Shown: positions 14,521 to 28,520, counted from the first letter of the stretch. The stretch: DNA of 64,000 nt from Octopus vulgaris (GCA_951406725.2 OX597815.1:60884001-60948000), one strand, 5' to 3'. The notes: generated from the letters alone by a model not told the origin. Numbers and translations are program-made.

Positions 14521-15419
14521 CCAGAAGAAATACTTTCTCTGAATCTCTATCGATACTATCTGCTCTCCTACACCACACTCGTATAAAATAATTCTAATTT
14601 AGGTAAAAGACCAATAACTTTTGAGGCAAGGGAAGTCTGCTACCTGATTATATCGCGACAGTATTTGATATTATTTTATCGACCACTCCACCATTACCAC
14701 CAGGGGGATGACAGACAAACTTGACCTTGGAGAAACCTGAAAGTTAATTAAATCAGCTGAGCATCAAATTGAAAGGTCATAATACTTTATTTAATGCGTC
14801 ATATCAATTTTTACAAGAACGGTTCACACTAGCTTCGAAGTTTCGGCTCTTGCTAGCCGTCATCCCGTCATGGTTTAATTTGGTTCGGAAGACTTTTTGG
14901 GAAATCGTTCTGCTGCTGAATGGAGCAATGTATATCAAATGTAGGTGTCATATAAAGTGTGGCAGAAATGCGAAGTAGTTGTGTAAGAAGGAAATATCGA
15001 GACGGAAAGGAGGAAAACATCTGCTTGTAGCCGTGAGTTGAGAGTAGGGACAGTCTAGGTTTGATAAGGGAAGTTTGCTATTGTCTGGGTGCAATCGAGC
15101 ATGTATGTGAAGGAGGATATTAAAAACAAACTTGTATAGTGGTTCATGAACCAGATGTGCGTTATTCAGGTTGCAATTTGTGTTGGTTGAAGTGTTCTTA
15201 TGATTAATCATGATTTTTAAAATAAAGAATGCTATTGCGTTGGTGAGGGGGCTCTTATAAGAATGTTGATAGATAATACAGGACCGATTTTTACAAGATC
15301 CTAGGTCAAAAAGGGGTCAAAATTAGTGTTAGTGCCAACAGATTTCTTTTCAGAAATTTAGAATTAGATTTTTAAAAAACAGGTTTCTAACATGTCCATA
15401 CATGTAGTGTCACTGTCAT

Positions 15420-16500
15420 CACCTTTTCGTTGACCATTCTCATGTGGTTGGCTTTTTGTGAAGGAGGGAGTTCGATAATGCTGCCTCCGTTTAAGTTTCT
15501 TGCTCTGATGTAGGTTCATCTGGGATCTTGGACAGCTAGGTTTTTTGGCAAGATATTAGATATTGACAAGATGTAATTTTTTGAATCCCAAGCTATGGCA
15601 GTACCTGGTCCTTACTATAGTATGGGTGGTTGTGACCATTGGGACAGTGCAGTGACATCCTATTCGGTAGCTGGTATAACTAAATATTCCAAAGTTTAGG
15701 TTCTTCCGTATCTGTATCAACGCATATCTCCAAAGAGTAGAGTCATAATTCTTCCAGTCTCTCCCAGTAACTCAACTTTTCCATTGATTCAATTTTCCTG
15801 GTGTAATACCCCTGAACTTCCTCAGGTTCCGCTATTAATTTGTCACTGTAGAGTGACCACAGTTGAGAGTAGCACTACTGATAGCTGAGTATAAATGCCC
15901 TCCATAGGACCAGTAAAATTTCCTTCTCCCTTGTTCTGAAGATTCTCAGAACCCATCCGGCCATTCGCCTGCAAATTTCCACCAACTTTGGTGTATGTAC
16001 ATGAAACAAGGTGTTCTTTCTCATACCATTCCCTTGGTCACGCACTATGTTCGACTCTGGGATTGCAACTCCTTTTGGTACGAAGTAGCTTTATTGCGGC
16101 GTGTTAGCACAAGCTGGCTGAGAGCGAAGGACTTGTAAGTTTTCAGCATTAAATTACACATTCCTTTTTCTGCCCATTTATATATGGTATCTAGGTCTTT
16201 CTGTTAAGGATTAGCATCGAGAGTTTCCTTGACTGCTTGTGCTACTTTTGTATCGTCAGCATAGTCACTAAGTGTGGTTGACTGGGTGACTGATGGCATG
16301 CCCGAGAAAGTAAACCCAAATAGCAACGTCCCCAAGACAGTTCTGTGACACACTTTCCTTGCCATTACTGTTTCCTTGGAGAGGACTCCATTGACTACCA
16401 CAAGCTGGCTTTTGTTTTTTACTTCCAGTCTCCGAAAATTGTGATATATCGTCCTGAACGGAAGCCTTGTGTGGTGTCAGGGAGCAAGTCATAATCTGCT
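15420..16500 (-). mobile_element. degraded CR1-group LINE RT fragment
   Basis: VVVNGVLS, TVLGTLLF, YADDTKV motif; downstream YWERL-like segment. Confidence 0.8.
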
Positions 16501-16702
16501 AGGAACGTGATCATCTTCCTCCTGACAATTCGTTCCCTGACATTGCTGACATGTGAAGATAGAGACAGACAAGCCTGTGGGCGTCTGCGTATAGAGTTCT
16601 ACACACGCGCGCGCGAGCGCGCACATACACACATACATATAGATGTGTGTATGTATATGTGTCTATATTTATGTATATATATATACATACATACATACAT
16701 AA

Positions 16703-16733
<31 letters not shown>

Positions 16734-16747
16734 CATACATACATACA

Positions 16748-16783
<36 letters not shown>

Positions 16784-16805
16784 TATGCATGTATGTATGT
16801 ATATA

Positions 16806-16945
16806 AGACGGGAGTCTTTCAGTTTCAGTCTACTCAATCTACTCACAAGGCTTTGATCGGCCCGGACCTAAAGTAGAATATACTTGCCCAAGCTGCAACG
16901 CAGCGGGCCGAAACCCGCAGCTATGTAGTTGGAAAGCAAACTATG
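16806..16945 (-). mobile_element. octopus-type SINE head
   Basis: Matches the reverse complement of 63375-63540. Confidence 0.75.
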
Positions 16946-16959
16946 CGCCATACGAGTCT

Positions 16960-17450
16960 TATTACATATGGAATGTGATAACATCCAATTATAGCATAGG
17001 ATTTCTACCTGGTATCTTGATGCACCACACATCGAATCGCTAACTACCACACATGGAAATTATTAATAATAGCCCGCATTGATTTGTCTGGCTTCTTGCT
17101 GATGATGCTCTCAACTTACTGGACAAATTCAGCTTTTCTGACAATGCCTGGCCGTTGAGAATGTGATTTTTTTTTCTCTTTTGGTCTCCAGAAACACATT
17201 CACAACTACAGATCTTTTCTGATGTTGAATACGAAAGACCTTACGACATTTAACAAAGTAGTAATTTCAGCGGCAGTTTGGTTGGTGGCCAAGGCAATGA
17301 GGGTGGCATGCCTTTTCAATGTCTGCCTTAGGTTCGAAGCTTCCATGTCGGGGCTAAAAAAAGAGAGGACCTTTAGTTAATATTTGGGCAATTTATGGTT
17401 CTTAAAAGTTTTGTTCTAAAAAGAACTGACGCATCCTGTCTACATATACA
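16960..17450 (-). pseudogene. Tc1/mariner-like transposase N-terminal fragment with one terminus
   Basis: MEASNLRQTLKRHATLIAL...AEITTLLNVVRSFVFNIRKDL (HTH-like)...KKHSQRPGIVRKAEFVQ; terminus reads CAGGATGCGTCAG, preceded by TA in the second copy. Confidence 0.65.
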
Positions 17451-17476
17451 TCCATACATATATAAATACATACATG

Positions 17477-17508
<32 letters not shown>

Positions 17509-17511
<3 letters not shown>

Positions 17512-19004
17512 ATAAAACGGTAAGATAACAAATGTGAGCATGGGTTCATATGATGGGGCAGGCATCTGTGATCTAATTGGACTTTTTCTCCTAGATACCT
17601 TAGGTAAGACATTCCCTAATGTACATTTCGCCATCTACAAAGATGATGCCCTCGCCTTAACAGCTAATACAAATGGACCAGCACAAGATCGTTTTAGGAA
17701 AGATATTATCCAGTTAATGAAACACTTTGGACTTAGTATAACTATAGATACTAACCTGACGGTTGTCAATTTCTTAGACGTTTCCTTAGATCTTAATAAG
17801 AATATTTATAAGCCTTATAGGAAGCCCAATGATAGACTAAGTTATATTAATGTAGGTTCATGCCATCCCCCTATAGTATTCAAAAATTTAGTTTAAAATA
17901 TTAGTAAGAGGATTTCTAGCCTCTCATCTAATGAGGACATCTTCAATAGCGTTGCCCCAGTTTATAATAAGGCTTTAAAAGATAGTGGTTTTAGCGAAAA
18001 AATAAAATATACACCTATCACTAGCCCAACAGTAAGGAAAAGGAATAATAGAAATAGTTAGGTCATCTGGTTTACGCCCCCTTACTCACCCGAGGTGGCC
18101 TTCAATATAGGTAAATATTTCCTAGCACTGATAGATAGACATTTTCCAGTTAACCATACTTATAGGAAACTCTTCAATAGACACAATTTAAAAATTAGTT
18201 TTAGTTCAACTACCAATTGTAAAAACATAATCAAACATAACATACAAAAAACACAAGAAGAAAACAGCTGTTCATGCAGGAATAAAGAATTGTGCCCGCT
18301 AAATGGAGCTTGCATGTCCAAGACCATCATATATGAAGCTACCGTAAACTCTATAACTACTAAAGACACCGTTTCGACGAAGAAATACGTGGGCCTTACA
18401 GAGGGTAATTTCAATGCCAGGTTCAATAACCACACTTTGAGCTTTAGGCACTGGAACAAAAGAAAAGCGACACAATTATCTAATCATATTTGGTCTTTAA
18501 GAGATAAAGGTGTCGAATATAACATACAATGGAAGATTTTGGCCAGATGTAAGCCCTATACTAACGGCAGCGGAAGGTGCGGTCTATGCGACATGGAGAG
18601 ATGGCTTATCTGGAAAAGCAGCTTAGACCCTACTACATGTCTAAATACAAGGACAGAGCTTTTCGGATCATGCCCACATGTGACTAAATTTCTGTTACGT
18701 TTTTGGTCCCCTAAAGAAAACAGATAGAACATGCTTTCTGTGTTATGTCCCAAGAAGAATTTATATATTTTTATATATTTTTATATATTTTTTATGTATT
18801 TTTATATAATTTTTATGACGAAAAATGCGAGCGATGTATAAGTAGGCAGGCAAGCAGAGTTATAACAGAGTAATTTCCCTTTATTTAACGGTATTTTTTC
18901 ATAACGTTTTCAAATAGCCAGATAACCGAAGAGATGGTGTTGTGGATTTCCACTTCGGCATCTGAAACTCAGAGTTTTATCTTGACTACCGAGTAATGTA
19001 ACAT

Positions 19005-19008
<4 letters not shown>
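17509..19008 (+). mobile_element. Hydra-clade Penelope-like element, 5'-truncated, with premature stops, in (TA)n
   Basis: VSMGSYDGA...IYKDDAL (RT), CSCx5Cx5C linker, IIY...YVGLTE GIY-YIG, C-terminal CxxCxxE and CPH. 3' pLTR carries an HHR; a short inverted pLTR tip sits at 17509-17532. Confidence 0.9.
18921..18981 (+). ncRNA. pLTR hammerhead ribozyme (U4C variant)
   Basis: gauaa-CCGAAGA-gaug...cauc-u-GAAA-CUCAGAG-UU-uuauc. Confidence 0.7.
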
Positions 19009-19097
<89 letters not shown>

Positions 19098-19308
19098 TTA
19101 TATGGAGGTTATCAGAGGTAATGTTGTCAGTAAGGCCCAAAGGTGTCTGGTAATGCTGAGTAAGTGCTATGGATAGACCATAGTTAAGCACTAGGTTCGG
19201 TGATTATGCAAATAAGGAGTCCAACGTAGGTCATATATCAGCGTGTGTATATATAAAAAAAGTTTTCAGTATGAGATAAAAAGATTTTAAAACATATATA
19301 AATAGAAG

Positions 19309-19356
19309 GTCTTACAGCTGTTTCCAGGATATTTATTAAATCTCTTCATCGGAGAC
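19309..19356 (-). ncRNA. hammerhead ribozyme (U4C variant)
   Basis: gucu-CCGAUGA-a-gaga...-GAAA-CAGCUG-UA-agac. Confidence 0.65.
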
Positions 19357-20431
19357 GCTGTGCAAAAATGGTTTAGCAATAATTAATTTAGATAAGATAC
19401 AAATAGAGAGTGAAGTGGAGGAATGAAAATAGATGTGAGATATGTAGGGATATTGCATTTGTAGATCCATTATTTAGGCAAAATGGTATACATATAAGAT
19501 TCCAATACTTTGTGAGTAAAATCCAGTAGTATATAAAATTGGTCATTCCAAGTATAGAGTTTCTACACAGTGCTATTGAATCAAGGATTTTATTAAAATT
19601 AAACCCTTGATGTCTGGAAAACTAGTGTCTGGAAAACTAGTGACATATTTATATTGTTGAAAAAATCAATAGAAGGACCCCTGGAAGGGATTCTTATATC
19701 TACTACATATAACTAATATACTATTTTTAAACATCCAAGGGAAATAACTCATTCGCTCCTGAAAGGGATCCTTATATATAGTGAAGAGAAATAACCCATT
19801 CATGTCCGTAAATTATTTCGTATAATTCAAAATGAGTATGCTTATTTCTTAGTATTTGTACTATTTGAGTTATTTTCGCAATTTATCCAGTACAACGCTT
19901 AAACAAGTAAATAGTATTTTCCTAAAGAATAGATCCACTTATTTCGGTTCGTGACTTATTCACGAATATACCAACACCAGCGCCGCTGAGGGCAATATTC
20001 TCAGCAAACTCACAAAAGCATTTTTCAGAGTTATATACTTTGAATTGTTATTATCTCATACGTGAATAGTCTATTCTTACGTAACATGCCCCACGATTTT
20101 AGTATACATATTAGTATTTTCTCCTAAGTTCTATATACTCTGGGAACGTATTAAAGCCCTATTGGGGGCTGATTTATATGAATTCTTACTATCGGGTAAT
20201 TAATTTCACGTTATTACATAACTGACTTCACAATTTTGGTATTCATAACTTATTGGGAATTCCTAAAAATAAGATCCTGTGTAAGAGAGTTCGGTATTCT
20301 CAATAAATGCGCAAAAACAGTTTTAAGGACTACATACATTGTATTGTTGTTATTGGATTAGCGAAACAATTATGAAAACGGAACTAAGGGATAAGCCACC
20401 CCTTCCCGTGAATTACCATGTACGTCAGCTA

Positions 20432-20507
<76 letters not shown>

Positions 20508-21013
20508 TGTATATATATATAAGCTGTATATATATAGACATATACATACATATATGTATAAATACATTACGTACACACACACACATATACACATATATAT
20601 ATATAACTGAAAAAATTGGAGTCAACAAGAAGAGGTGCATTGGACATTAATCTTTAATCTCTACAATTGTTTCCTCGCAGCGTAGTTCTTCGGGAGTGCT
20701 GGTAGTTGATTATGCAACTGTTTCTCTGCATTATGAGTTGTGTTTTCTCAGGCGATATGTTCACATTGCTAGAAATAAGAGTTAAAACAACACATGGCCA
20801 CAAGAAGCACCTTATCTTAATGACTGACAAGGGAGACAAGCTCCCTCGGTTCCCAGAAATAGCCAGATCACAGTGATTTCGTTTTTATATTAATGCACTT
20901 CACTGACTCTCACCTAGCGCCTTGGGTTAAACTCAACTCGCCTTGTCAGTTTTCGTCGAAATCATACGCTGATTTCTTAAACGGTAAAGTGAAAATTATA
21001 AATAACAAGGCTA

Positions 21014-21099
<86 letters not shown>

Positions 21100-21265
21100 A
21101 GCGCCGGCGTGCCTGTTTGGGTAAAAATCTTGCTTCACAACCACCGAGTTCTGGCTTCAGTTCCACTACGTGGCACCTTGGGCAAGTGCCTTCTACTGTA
21201 ACCTCAGGTTGACCAACGTCTTGTGAGTGAATTTGGTTGACAGAAACTGAAAGAAGCCTGTCGCA
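21100..21265 (+). mobile_element. octopus-type SINE head
   Basis: Matches 63375-63540. Confidence 0.8.
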
Positions 21266-21543
21266 TGTGTGTGTGTGAGAGAGAGAGAGAGAGAATTAAT
21301 ATGTGCGTATATATGACTGTCAATACGAATATGTGTTATATATATATATATATATTATATAAAAGGGCTTAGTAAAATAAATTACTTTGCCGCATACTGA
21401 ACTCATTAGAAATAGCAGCTAAAAAACTTTTTTAAAGCTATTTCTAATACTTAAAGAAAATCTCTCTCGTATAGTGTTTGCTTAACTCAACTCACAAAAG
21501 TTTGGGGGTAAGGACATCAAAAAATCAAATGCAAAGGTTATTT

Positions 21544-21594
21544 GAGAACGTACGTTTCAAGATTAGTCAAAACGACACTTCTATCATCAGCTCA
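21544..21594 (-). ncRNA. type I hammerhead ribozyme (left arm)
   Basis: ugag-CUGAUGA-uaga...ucuu-GAAA-CGUACG-UU-cuca. Confidence 0.8.
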
Positions 21595-22438
21595 GAAACT
21601 CCTTGGTTTGGATTTGAAAACACTGAATGTAAGAACATACCCTTTCGGCTTCTCATCGCTTTCGAAGATCTGTTCGTAACTAACAGTGCCAACAAACTCA
21701 AATAAGCAAGCGAAGAATTTCTGTTCTCCCCTTTCCACCAGCGTGGGTTAAAATCATCAAACACTATGCTTATTTCGGTAAAATCCGAAGCATTAATTAG
21801 AGGGAGATTAATTATAATTTCAACAATTGAGGGTAAAATTAATTAATTATTCATCAATTTCACCAAGTGTTCAGTATGCAAAGGGACCATTTAAGGCGAA
21901 TTCAAATTATTACATTATATAAAAGGGCTTAGTAAAATAAATTACTTTGCCGCATACTGAACTCATTAGAAATAGCAGCTAAAAAACTTTTTTAAAGCTA
22001 TTTCTAATACTTAAAGAAAATCTCTCTCGTATAGTGTTTGCTTAACTCAACTCACTGCTATTTCTAATGAGTTCAGTATGCGGCAAAGTAATTTATTTTA
22101 CTAAGCCCTTTTATATAATGTAATAATTTGAATTCGCCTTAAATGGTCCCTTTGCATACTGAACACTTGGTGAAATTGATGAATAATTAATTAATTTTAC
22201 CCTCAATTGTTGAAATTATAATTAATCTCCCTCTAATTAATGCTTCGGATTTTACCGAAATACGCATAGTGTTTGATGATTTTAACCCACGCTGGTGGAA
22301 AGGGGAGAACAGAAATTCTTCGCTTGCTTATTTGAGTTTGTTGGCACTGTTAGTTACGAACAGATCTTCGAAAGCGATGAGAAGCCGAAAGGGTATGTTC
22401 TTACTTTCAGTGTTTTCAAATCCAAACCAAGGAGTTTC

Positions 22439-22490
22439 TGAGCTGATGATAGAAGTGTCGTTTTGACTAATCTTGAAACGTACGTTCTCA
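22439..22490 (+). ncRNA. type I hammerhead ribozyme (right arm)
   Basis: ugag-CUGAUGA-uaga...ucuu-GAAA-CGUACG-UU-cuca. Confidence 0.8.
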
Positions 22491-22776
22491 AATAACCTTT
22501 GCATTTGATTTTTTGATGTCCTTACCCCCAAACTTTTGTGAGTTGAGTTAAGCAAACACTATACGAGAGAGATTTTCTTTAAGTATTAGAAATAGCTTTA
22601 AAAAAGTTTTTTAGCTGCTATTTCTAATGAGTTCAGTATGCGGCAAAGTAATTTATTTTACTAAGCCCTTTTATATAATGTAATAATTTGAATTCGCCTT
22701 AAATGGTCCCTTTGCATACTGAACACTTGGTGAAATTGATGAATAATTAATTAATTTTACCCTCAATTGTTGAAAT

Positions 22777-22811
<35 letters not shown>

Positions 22812-22832
22812 AGGAACACAATTGGGTTAAGG

Positions 22833-22917
22833 TTCACTACGGCTGTTTCAGATGCATTTTTTGCTATTGATGAATAAAATCAGTACATCATGAAGATACC
22901 CGTTTTCTTCAGGTGAA
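22833..22917 (-). ncRNA. type I hammerhead ribozyme
   Basis: uucac-CUGAAGA-...-GAAA-CAGCCG-UA-gugaa; perfect stem I, weak base of stem II. Confidence 0.7.
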
Positions 22918-23256
22918 TTAAAAGTTCAAGATTTAAAGTTTAAAATGTTTAAATTTTGTTAGGAATGTGTTGAACATCTCACATTGGCAACAAATAAGTG
23001 AAACTCACACTGGATCGTGAAATGGCTTGTCGGCGTGCATATGTATTATAATTTTATACACATGAATATTTATATGGATGTGTATATTGATTTATTTATG
23101 TGCATGTATATATGTAAGTGTTAAGACATATCCGTATATGCATGGATATAAGCTAGAATGTCCGAGTATGATATATACACGGATGTATCCTAATCTCAAC
23201 CCTGAATTGGCGTCCTTATTAAAATAACTTGATTCAAATTAATCCTACATGTAATC

Positions 23257-23297
<41 letters not shown>

Positions 23298-23304
23298 CAT
23301 ACTT

Positions 23305-23515
23305 TTTACTCCTTTACTTGTTTCAGTCATTTGACTGCGGCCATGGTGGAGCACCGCCCGTAGTCGAGCAATTCGACCCCAGGACTTATTCTTTGTAAGC
23401 CTAGTACTTATTCTATCGGTCTCTTTTGCCGAACCGCTAAGTTACAGGGACGTACACACACCAGCATCTGTTGTCAAGCGATGTTGGGAGAACAAACACA
23501 GACACACAAACATAT

Positions 23516-23584
<69 letters not shown>

Positions 23585-23722
23585 TAGACGGGATTCTTTC
23601 AGTTTCCGTCTACCAAATCCACTCACAAGGCTTTGGTCGGCCCGAGGCTATAGTAGAAGACACTTACCCAAGGTGCCACGCAGTGAGAATGAACCCAGAA
23701 CCATGTGGCTGGTATGCAAGCT
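23305..23722 (-). mobile_element. octopus-type SINE, near full length
   Basis: Same layout as 1715-2135. Confidence 0.88.
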
Positions 23723-23726
23723 ATAA

Positions 23727-23829
<103 letters not shown>

Positions 23830-24309
23830 CACACATACATAAATGCATACAGATACGTATGTATATATATACGTATGAGGGATCTATATATGTATATAAT
23901 TATATACATATATATCTGCATATATATGTATATAATTATATACACGTAAGTGTATATACGTGTGTGTTTGTGGTTGGGGGTAAATGTCTGTGTACTCAGA
24001 TGTTAGATGTACAGATAAGCCAGAATGTTACTTGTGTTGGTGTATATGACTCTCCCTCAGACAGTGACTCTACACACTTTAGAGAAAAGTCTTACACACC
24101 ATCTCCCACTCATATTCACCTGAAACAATCTAATGTCGTCATCAGCTCCCTCATTCACACCTAGCACTAATATTTCGTAGAATGGTTTCGCTTTGTGAAA
24201 TTATTCTTCACGTTCATTATATATATTTTGCCTTTTAGAAACTGTCTTTTTTTTATATTTTTAATGCCGGAAAAACATTTTGTAAAAGAAAGCTTGTGTC
24301 ATTTTTTAA

Positions 24310-24490
24310 TTTTATTCTTATCTCAGTCATTAGACTGCAGCCATACTGGGGCACCACCTTGGAATGCTTAGTCGAACAAATACCTTAGTACTTATTTTTT
24401 AAGCCTGGTACTTGTTCTATCGGACGCTTATGCCGAACCGTTAAGTTACGGAGACGTAAACAAACCAACTCCGGTTGTCAGGTGAGAAGA
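24310..24490 (-). mobile_element. octopus-type SINE body/tail
   Basis: Matches 23305-23485. Confidence 0.8.
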
Positions 24491-24556
24491 CAAATGCACA
24501 CACGCGAGCGCACACACACTCACACACACAGACACACACACACACACAAACACACA

Positions 24557-24624
<68 letters not shown>

Positions 24625-24997
24625 TATATGGGTACAGGACGTCACCAACAGCAAACAACATGAAATACGAAAATAAATGAGTTAAATACGCAAACAACGA
24701 GAGAAAAATTGGAAAACAGGATAAGTATCACAAAGAACGACCCTTCAATCAGTTGTCGGCTGTCTATCTACTCCTCATTTCAAGCATTGAACGACAGTAT
24801 GAGTCTTCGAAGACAATTGGTCCCATAAATATCAAAATAAAATTTTGGATTTATGTGGGGTCAAAGTTGGGAACAGAAACAGAACGGTGGCGATATACAA
24901 GGAAACCGAACAAAAACAAACATGGAGGGTCGTTAGACCAGAACGTGGGTAAAATAGCGAACACTGGAAAAATATTTTCTTTGAAAAGCGGTCTGGA

Positions 24998-25572
24998 CTA
25001 TAGTAGAAGATACTTGCCCAAGCTGCAACGCAGCGGGCCGAAACCCGCAGCTATGTAGTTGGAAAGCAAACTATGCGCCATACGAGTCTTATTACATATG
25101 GAATGTGATAATATCCAATTATAGCATAGGATTTCTACCTGGTATCGTGATGCACCACACATCGAATCGCTAACTACCACACATGGAAATTATTAATAAT
25201 AGCCCGCATTGATTTGTCTGGCTTCTTGCTGATGATGCTCTCAACTTACTGGACAAATTCAGCTTTTCTGACAATGCCTGGCCGTTGAGAATGTGATTTT
25301 TTTTCTCTTTTGGTCTCCAGAAACACATTCACAACTACAGATCTTTTCTGATGTTGAATACGAAAGACCTTACGACATTTAACAAAGTAGTAATTTCAGC
25401 GGCAGTTTGGTTGGTGGCCAAGGCAATGAGGGTGGCATGCCTTTTCAATGTCTGCCTTAGGTTCGAAGCTTCCATGTCGGGGCTAAAAAAAGAGAGGACC
25501 TTTAGTTAATATTTGGACAATTTATGGTTCTTAAAAGTTTTGTTCTAAAAAAAACTGACGCATCCTGTATAC
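24998..25572 (+). repeat. near-identical direct duplicate of 16868-17452 (SINE head plus Tc1 fragment)
   Basis: Base-by-base match with few substitutions at an offset of about 8130 bp. Confidence 0.92.
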
Positions 25573-25587
25573 ATATACAATTATACA

Positions 25588-25637
<50 letters not shown>

Positions 25638-25743
25638 CCAGAGTAAGCATATAAATGTGAAACAAGGTAGAAAAAAGAGTACTCAAATACCAGTACTCAA
25701 ATAATATGCTTTATTTAAAAAGCAGCAGAAATATAACAAAAGT

Positions 25744-25780
25744 TATTACTCAGAGTTTCACGCTCCCGTTCGTCGGACAG
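25744..25780 (-). ncRNA. minimal hammerhead (degenerate)
   Basis: cugu-CCGACGA-acgggagcgu-GAAA-CUCUGAG-UA; stem I partly mismatched. Confidence 0.5.
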
Positions 25781-26238
25781 TTTTGTTAAAATTATGGATA
25801 GTATATATTTTTAGAATCTTGAACTAGTTTTCAATCCCACTGTTGGATTTATATATTGTAATGCATGGTTATTTCGCTTTGACGTATTTCTTAAAAAAAA
25901 AACTTCGACTATTATATATATTATTTTCATGCTTAAGATTTTATTTTTATTTCATCCTATTGTATTTTACAAACTCATTTAATCGTTATATTTATAGATA
26001 ATTCGATATATGGTGTTCCATTTTGCATGTCTTTTATCCGATTTTTATTATTATACCCTCAGCAATTTAAAAAAAAGTTCTTTGTATATATACGTTAGGA
26101 CCTGGATATGTTTTCATGTAGATGTCTGTATTGTAGGCATGCATATGTATTTGTATGTGTGCGTCTGTGTATTGTTGTATATGTGTAAGTAACATATGGC
26201 TGAAACATATCTAAGATTATCTAAGCTTATATATATAT

Positions 26239-26306
<68 letters not shown>

Positions 26307-26364
26307 ATATATATATATATATATATAAATCACATAAATTTCACATAAAAATCACATAAAAACA

Positions 26365-27235
26365 CATAAAAATCAACATACCCTTTAACCTAGCAAAAAG
26401 AATCTGCACCACAGTTTCCGATACATACTCTCGAGAACATAGAGTCCTTGAACGTAGATCTACACTAACTAAAAGACATTACCCAATCTCATTAGTAAAT
26501 GAAGGCATCAAAAGAGCTAAGGAAATAGATATACAAAGGTTAAGGAAAACTAGCCGAAATGCTAAACAAGACTTTAAAATACTCCCGTACATTTCCACAC
26601 ACAACCCCAGAAACAACGAAGCCTTCAACATCATCACACAAAACCTTCCCATCCTCACAGCAGACAGAACAATGAACGAAAATTTAAGCTCATATAAAAT
26701 TATAAAAAGTAAAAAGCAAACGAAGTCACTGAAAATAATATTAACCAGCGCTAGACTGTATCCACCGACAACAGAGCCAAAAGTGACAAAATGTAGTCGT
26801 TCTAACTGCGGAACATGCCCCACCTTCTGGGGGGTTCAGAATTCCAATTCAAACAAGGAGAAATATTTAAGATCAAATCAAATTTCACCTGCGCCTCAGT
26901 AAATGTATGTAATCTATGTCATGCATAATCTATGACATGCTTAGGATATGGTAAACTCTATTTTGGACAAACAGGAATTTCGCTCCGTCAAAGAATCACC
27001 ATTCACAAAGAACAAATCCGTCACCCACAATACAGACAGTTAAAGGTGAGTGCACACATAGAAAGATGTGCCAGGAATCTTAATCCCAATTTCCAAATAT
27101 TTCCCTTTTACCAATGTTCACAGAACACCACATTGCAACAAAGGTTGAATAAAGAGGCATTTTTCATCAACAAATTTCTCCCCCAACTAAACATGGACAC
27201 ACAACTCAATACAGAACATCACTAACTCATTATAT
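26365..27235 (+). mobile_element. Neptune-like PLE fragment (thumb plus GIY-YIG)
   Basis: INIPFNLAKRICT...ILPYISTHNP...CSRSNCGTC...YFGQTG..LRQRI..H; same family as 7143-8138. Confidence 0.9.
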
Positions 27236-27249
27236 TTTAACCGCGAGAA

Positions 27250-28012
27250 CCGAGGCAGTATGACCGAGAGAAATGAATTATAATATCAACAATTGAGGGT
27301 AAAATTAATTAATTAATCAATTTCACCAAGTGTTCAGTATGTAAAAGGACCATTTAAGGCGAATTCAAAATATTACATTATATAATTAGGGCTTAGTAAA
27401 ATAAATTACTTTGCCACATACTGAACTTAGTAGAAATAGCAGCTAAAAAAAATTTTTTTTTAGCCATTTCTACTACTTAAAGAAAATTTCTCTCAGATAA
27501 TGTTTACTCCAGACAGCTCACGAAGGTTTGGAGGTAAATACAGAAAAATATCACAAGTACATAGATCGTTTGAGTACGTCAACGTTTCAAGATTTGCCAA
27601 ATATAATGTTTGCTAGAGAGACCACGTGGGTGGAAAGGGAGTGCAGAAATTTACGCCTGCGCATTTTGAATTTGTTGACACTGTTAGTTGGAGTGGTTCA
27701 TCTGAAGCGACAAGTTCGCTGATAGGTAAAGTTCCTTCTTTTTAGTGTTTCCAAATCCAAATTAAGAAATTTTGAGCTGACGAAAGAAATGCTGATTTTA
27801 TTTGGCTAATCTTGAAACGTTGACGTACTCAAACGATCTATGTACTTGTGATATTTTTCTGTATTTACCTCCAAACATTCGTGAGCTGTCTGGAGTAAAC
27901 ATTATCTGAGAGAAATTTTCTTTAAGTAGTAGAAATGGCTAAAAAAAATTTTTTTGGGCTGCTATTTCTACTAAGTTCAGTATGTGGCAAAGTAATTTAT
28001 TTTACTAAGCCC

Positions 28013-28020
<8 letters not shown>
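27250..28020. mobile_element. second, diverged copy of the 560-bp HHR family, also a foldback
   Basis: 27380-27602 is the reverse complement of 27798-28020; segments align by eye with 21355-22779; ends in (TA)n. Confidence 0.88.
27771..27833 (+). ncRNA. type I hammerhead ribozyme, intact
   Basis: uuugag-CUGACGA-aaga...ucuu-GAAA-CGU ug ACG-UA-cucaaa; predicted cleavage after 27827. Confidence 0.92.
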
Positions 28021-28094
<74 letters not shown>

Positions 28095-28315
28095 TCTCTC
28101 TCTCTCTCTCTCCATATATATATTTTTGAAAAAATATATAATTGCAAAAATTGGAGTCAAGAAGAAGGGGTGCTGTTGGAAATTTATTCTTTAATCATTA
28201 CAATTGTTTCCACGCAACGTAGTTCTCCTGGTGGGCAGGTACTTGATTATGCAACTGTTTTCCTGTATTATGCGATCTAGTTGAGATATGGAAAAGAATC
28301 GCAATTCAAAAGAAA

Positions 28316-28520
28316 GGGCGGCGAACTGGCAGAATCGTTAGCACGCCAGGCAAAATTCATTTCGTCCGTTTTTACGTTCTGAGTTGAAATGCCGCCGATG
28401 TCGACTTTGCCTTTCCTCCGTCGGGGTCGATAAAATATGAACTATTTGACCACTGGGGTTGATCCAATCGACTTATAATTTTCATCGAAATTGCTGACCT
28501 CGTGCCAAAATCTGAAATCA
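28316..28520 (+). mobile_element. tRNA-derived SINE (second family) with (ATT)n tail
   Basis: A-box tggcagaatcg, degenerate B-box, followed by (ATT)n. Confidence 0.8.

Larger units (their letters stand above)
21355..22779. mobile_element. 1.43-kb palindrome of a head-to-tail 560-bp HHR-containing monomer (retrozyme-like / non-autonomous PLE)
   Basis: Left arm 21355-22054 repeats with period 560 (21361 = 21921); right arm 22055-22779 repeats with period 560 (22061 = 22621). Arms are near-identical reverse complements with (TA)n on both sides. Confidence 0.92.

Noticed and set aside
21478-22555. Mirror-image 65-75 aa ORFs
   Set aside because: A by-product of the palindrome; non-ATG starts, and not conserved in the 27.3-kb relative.
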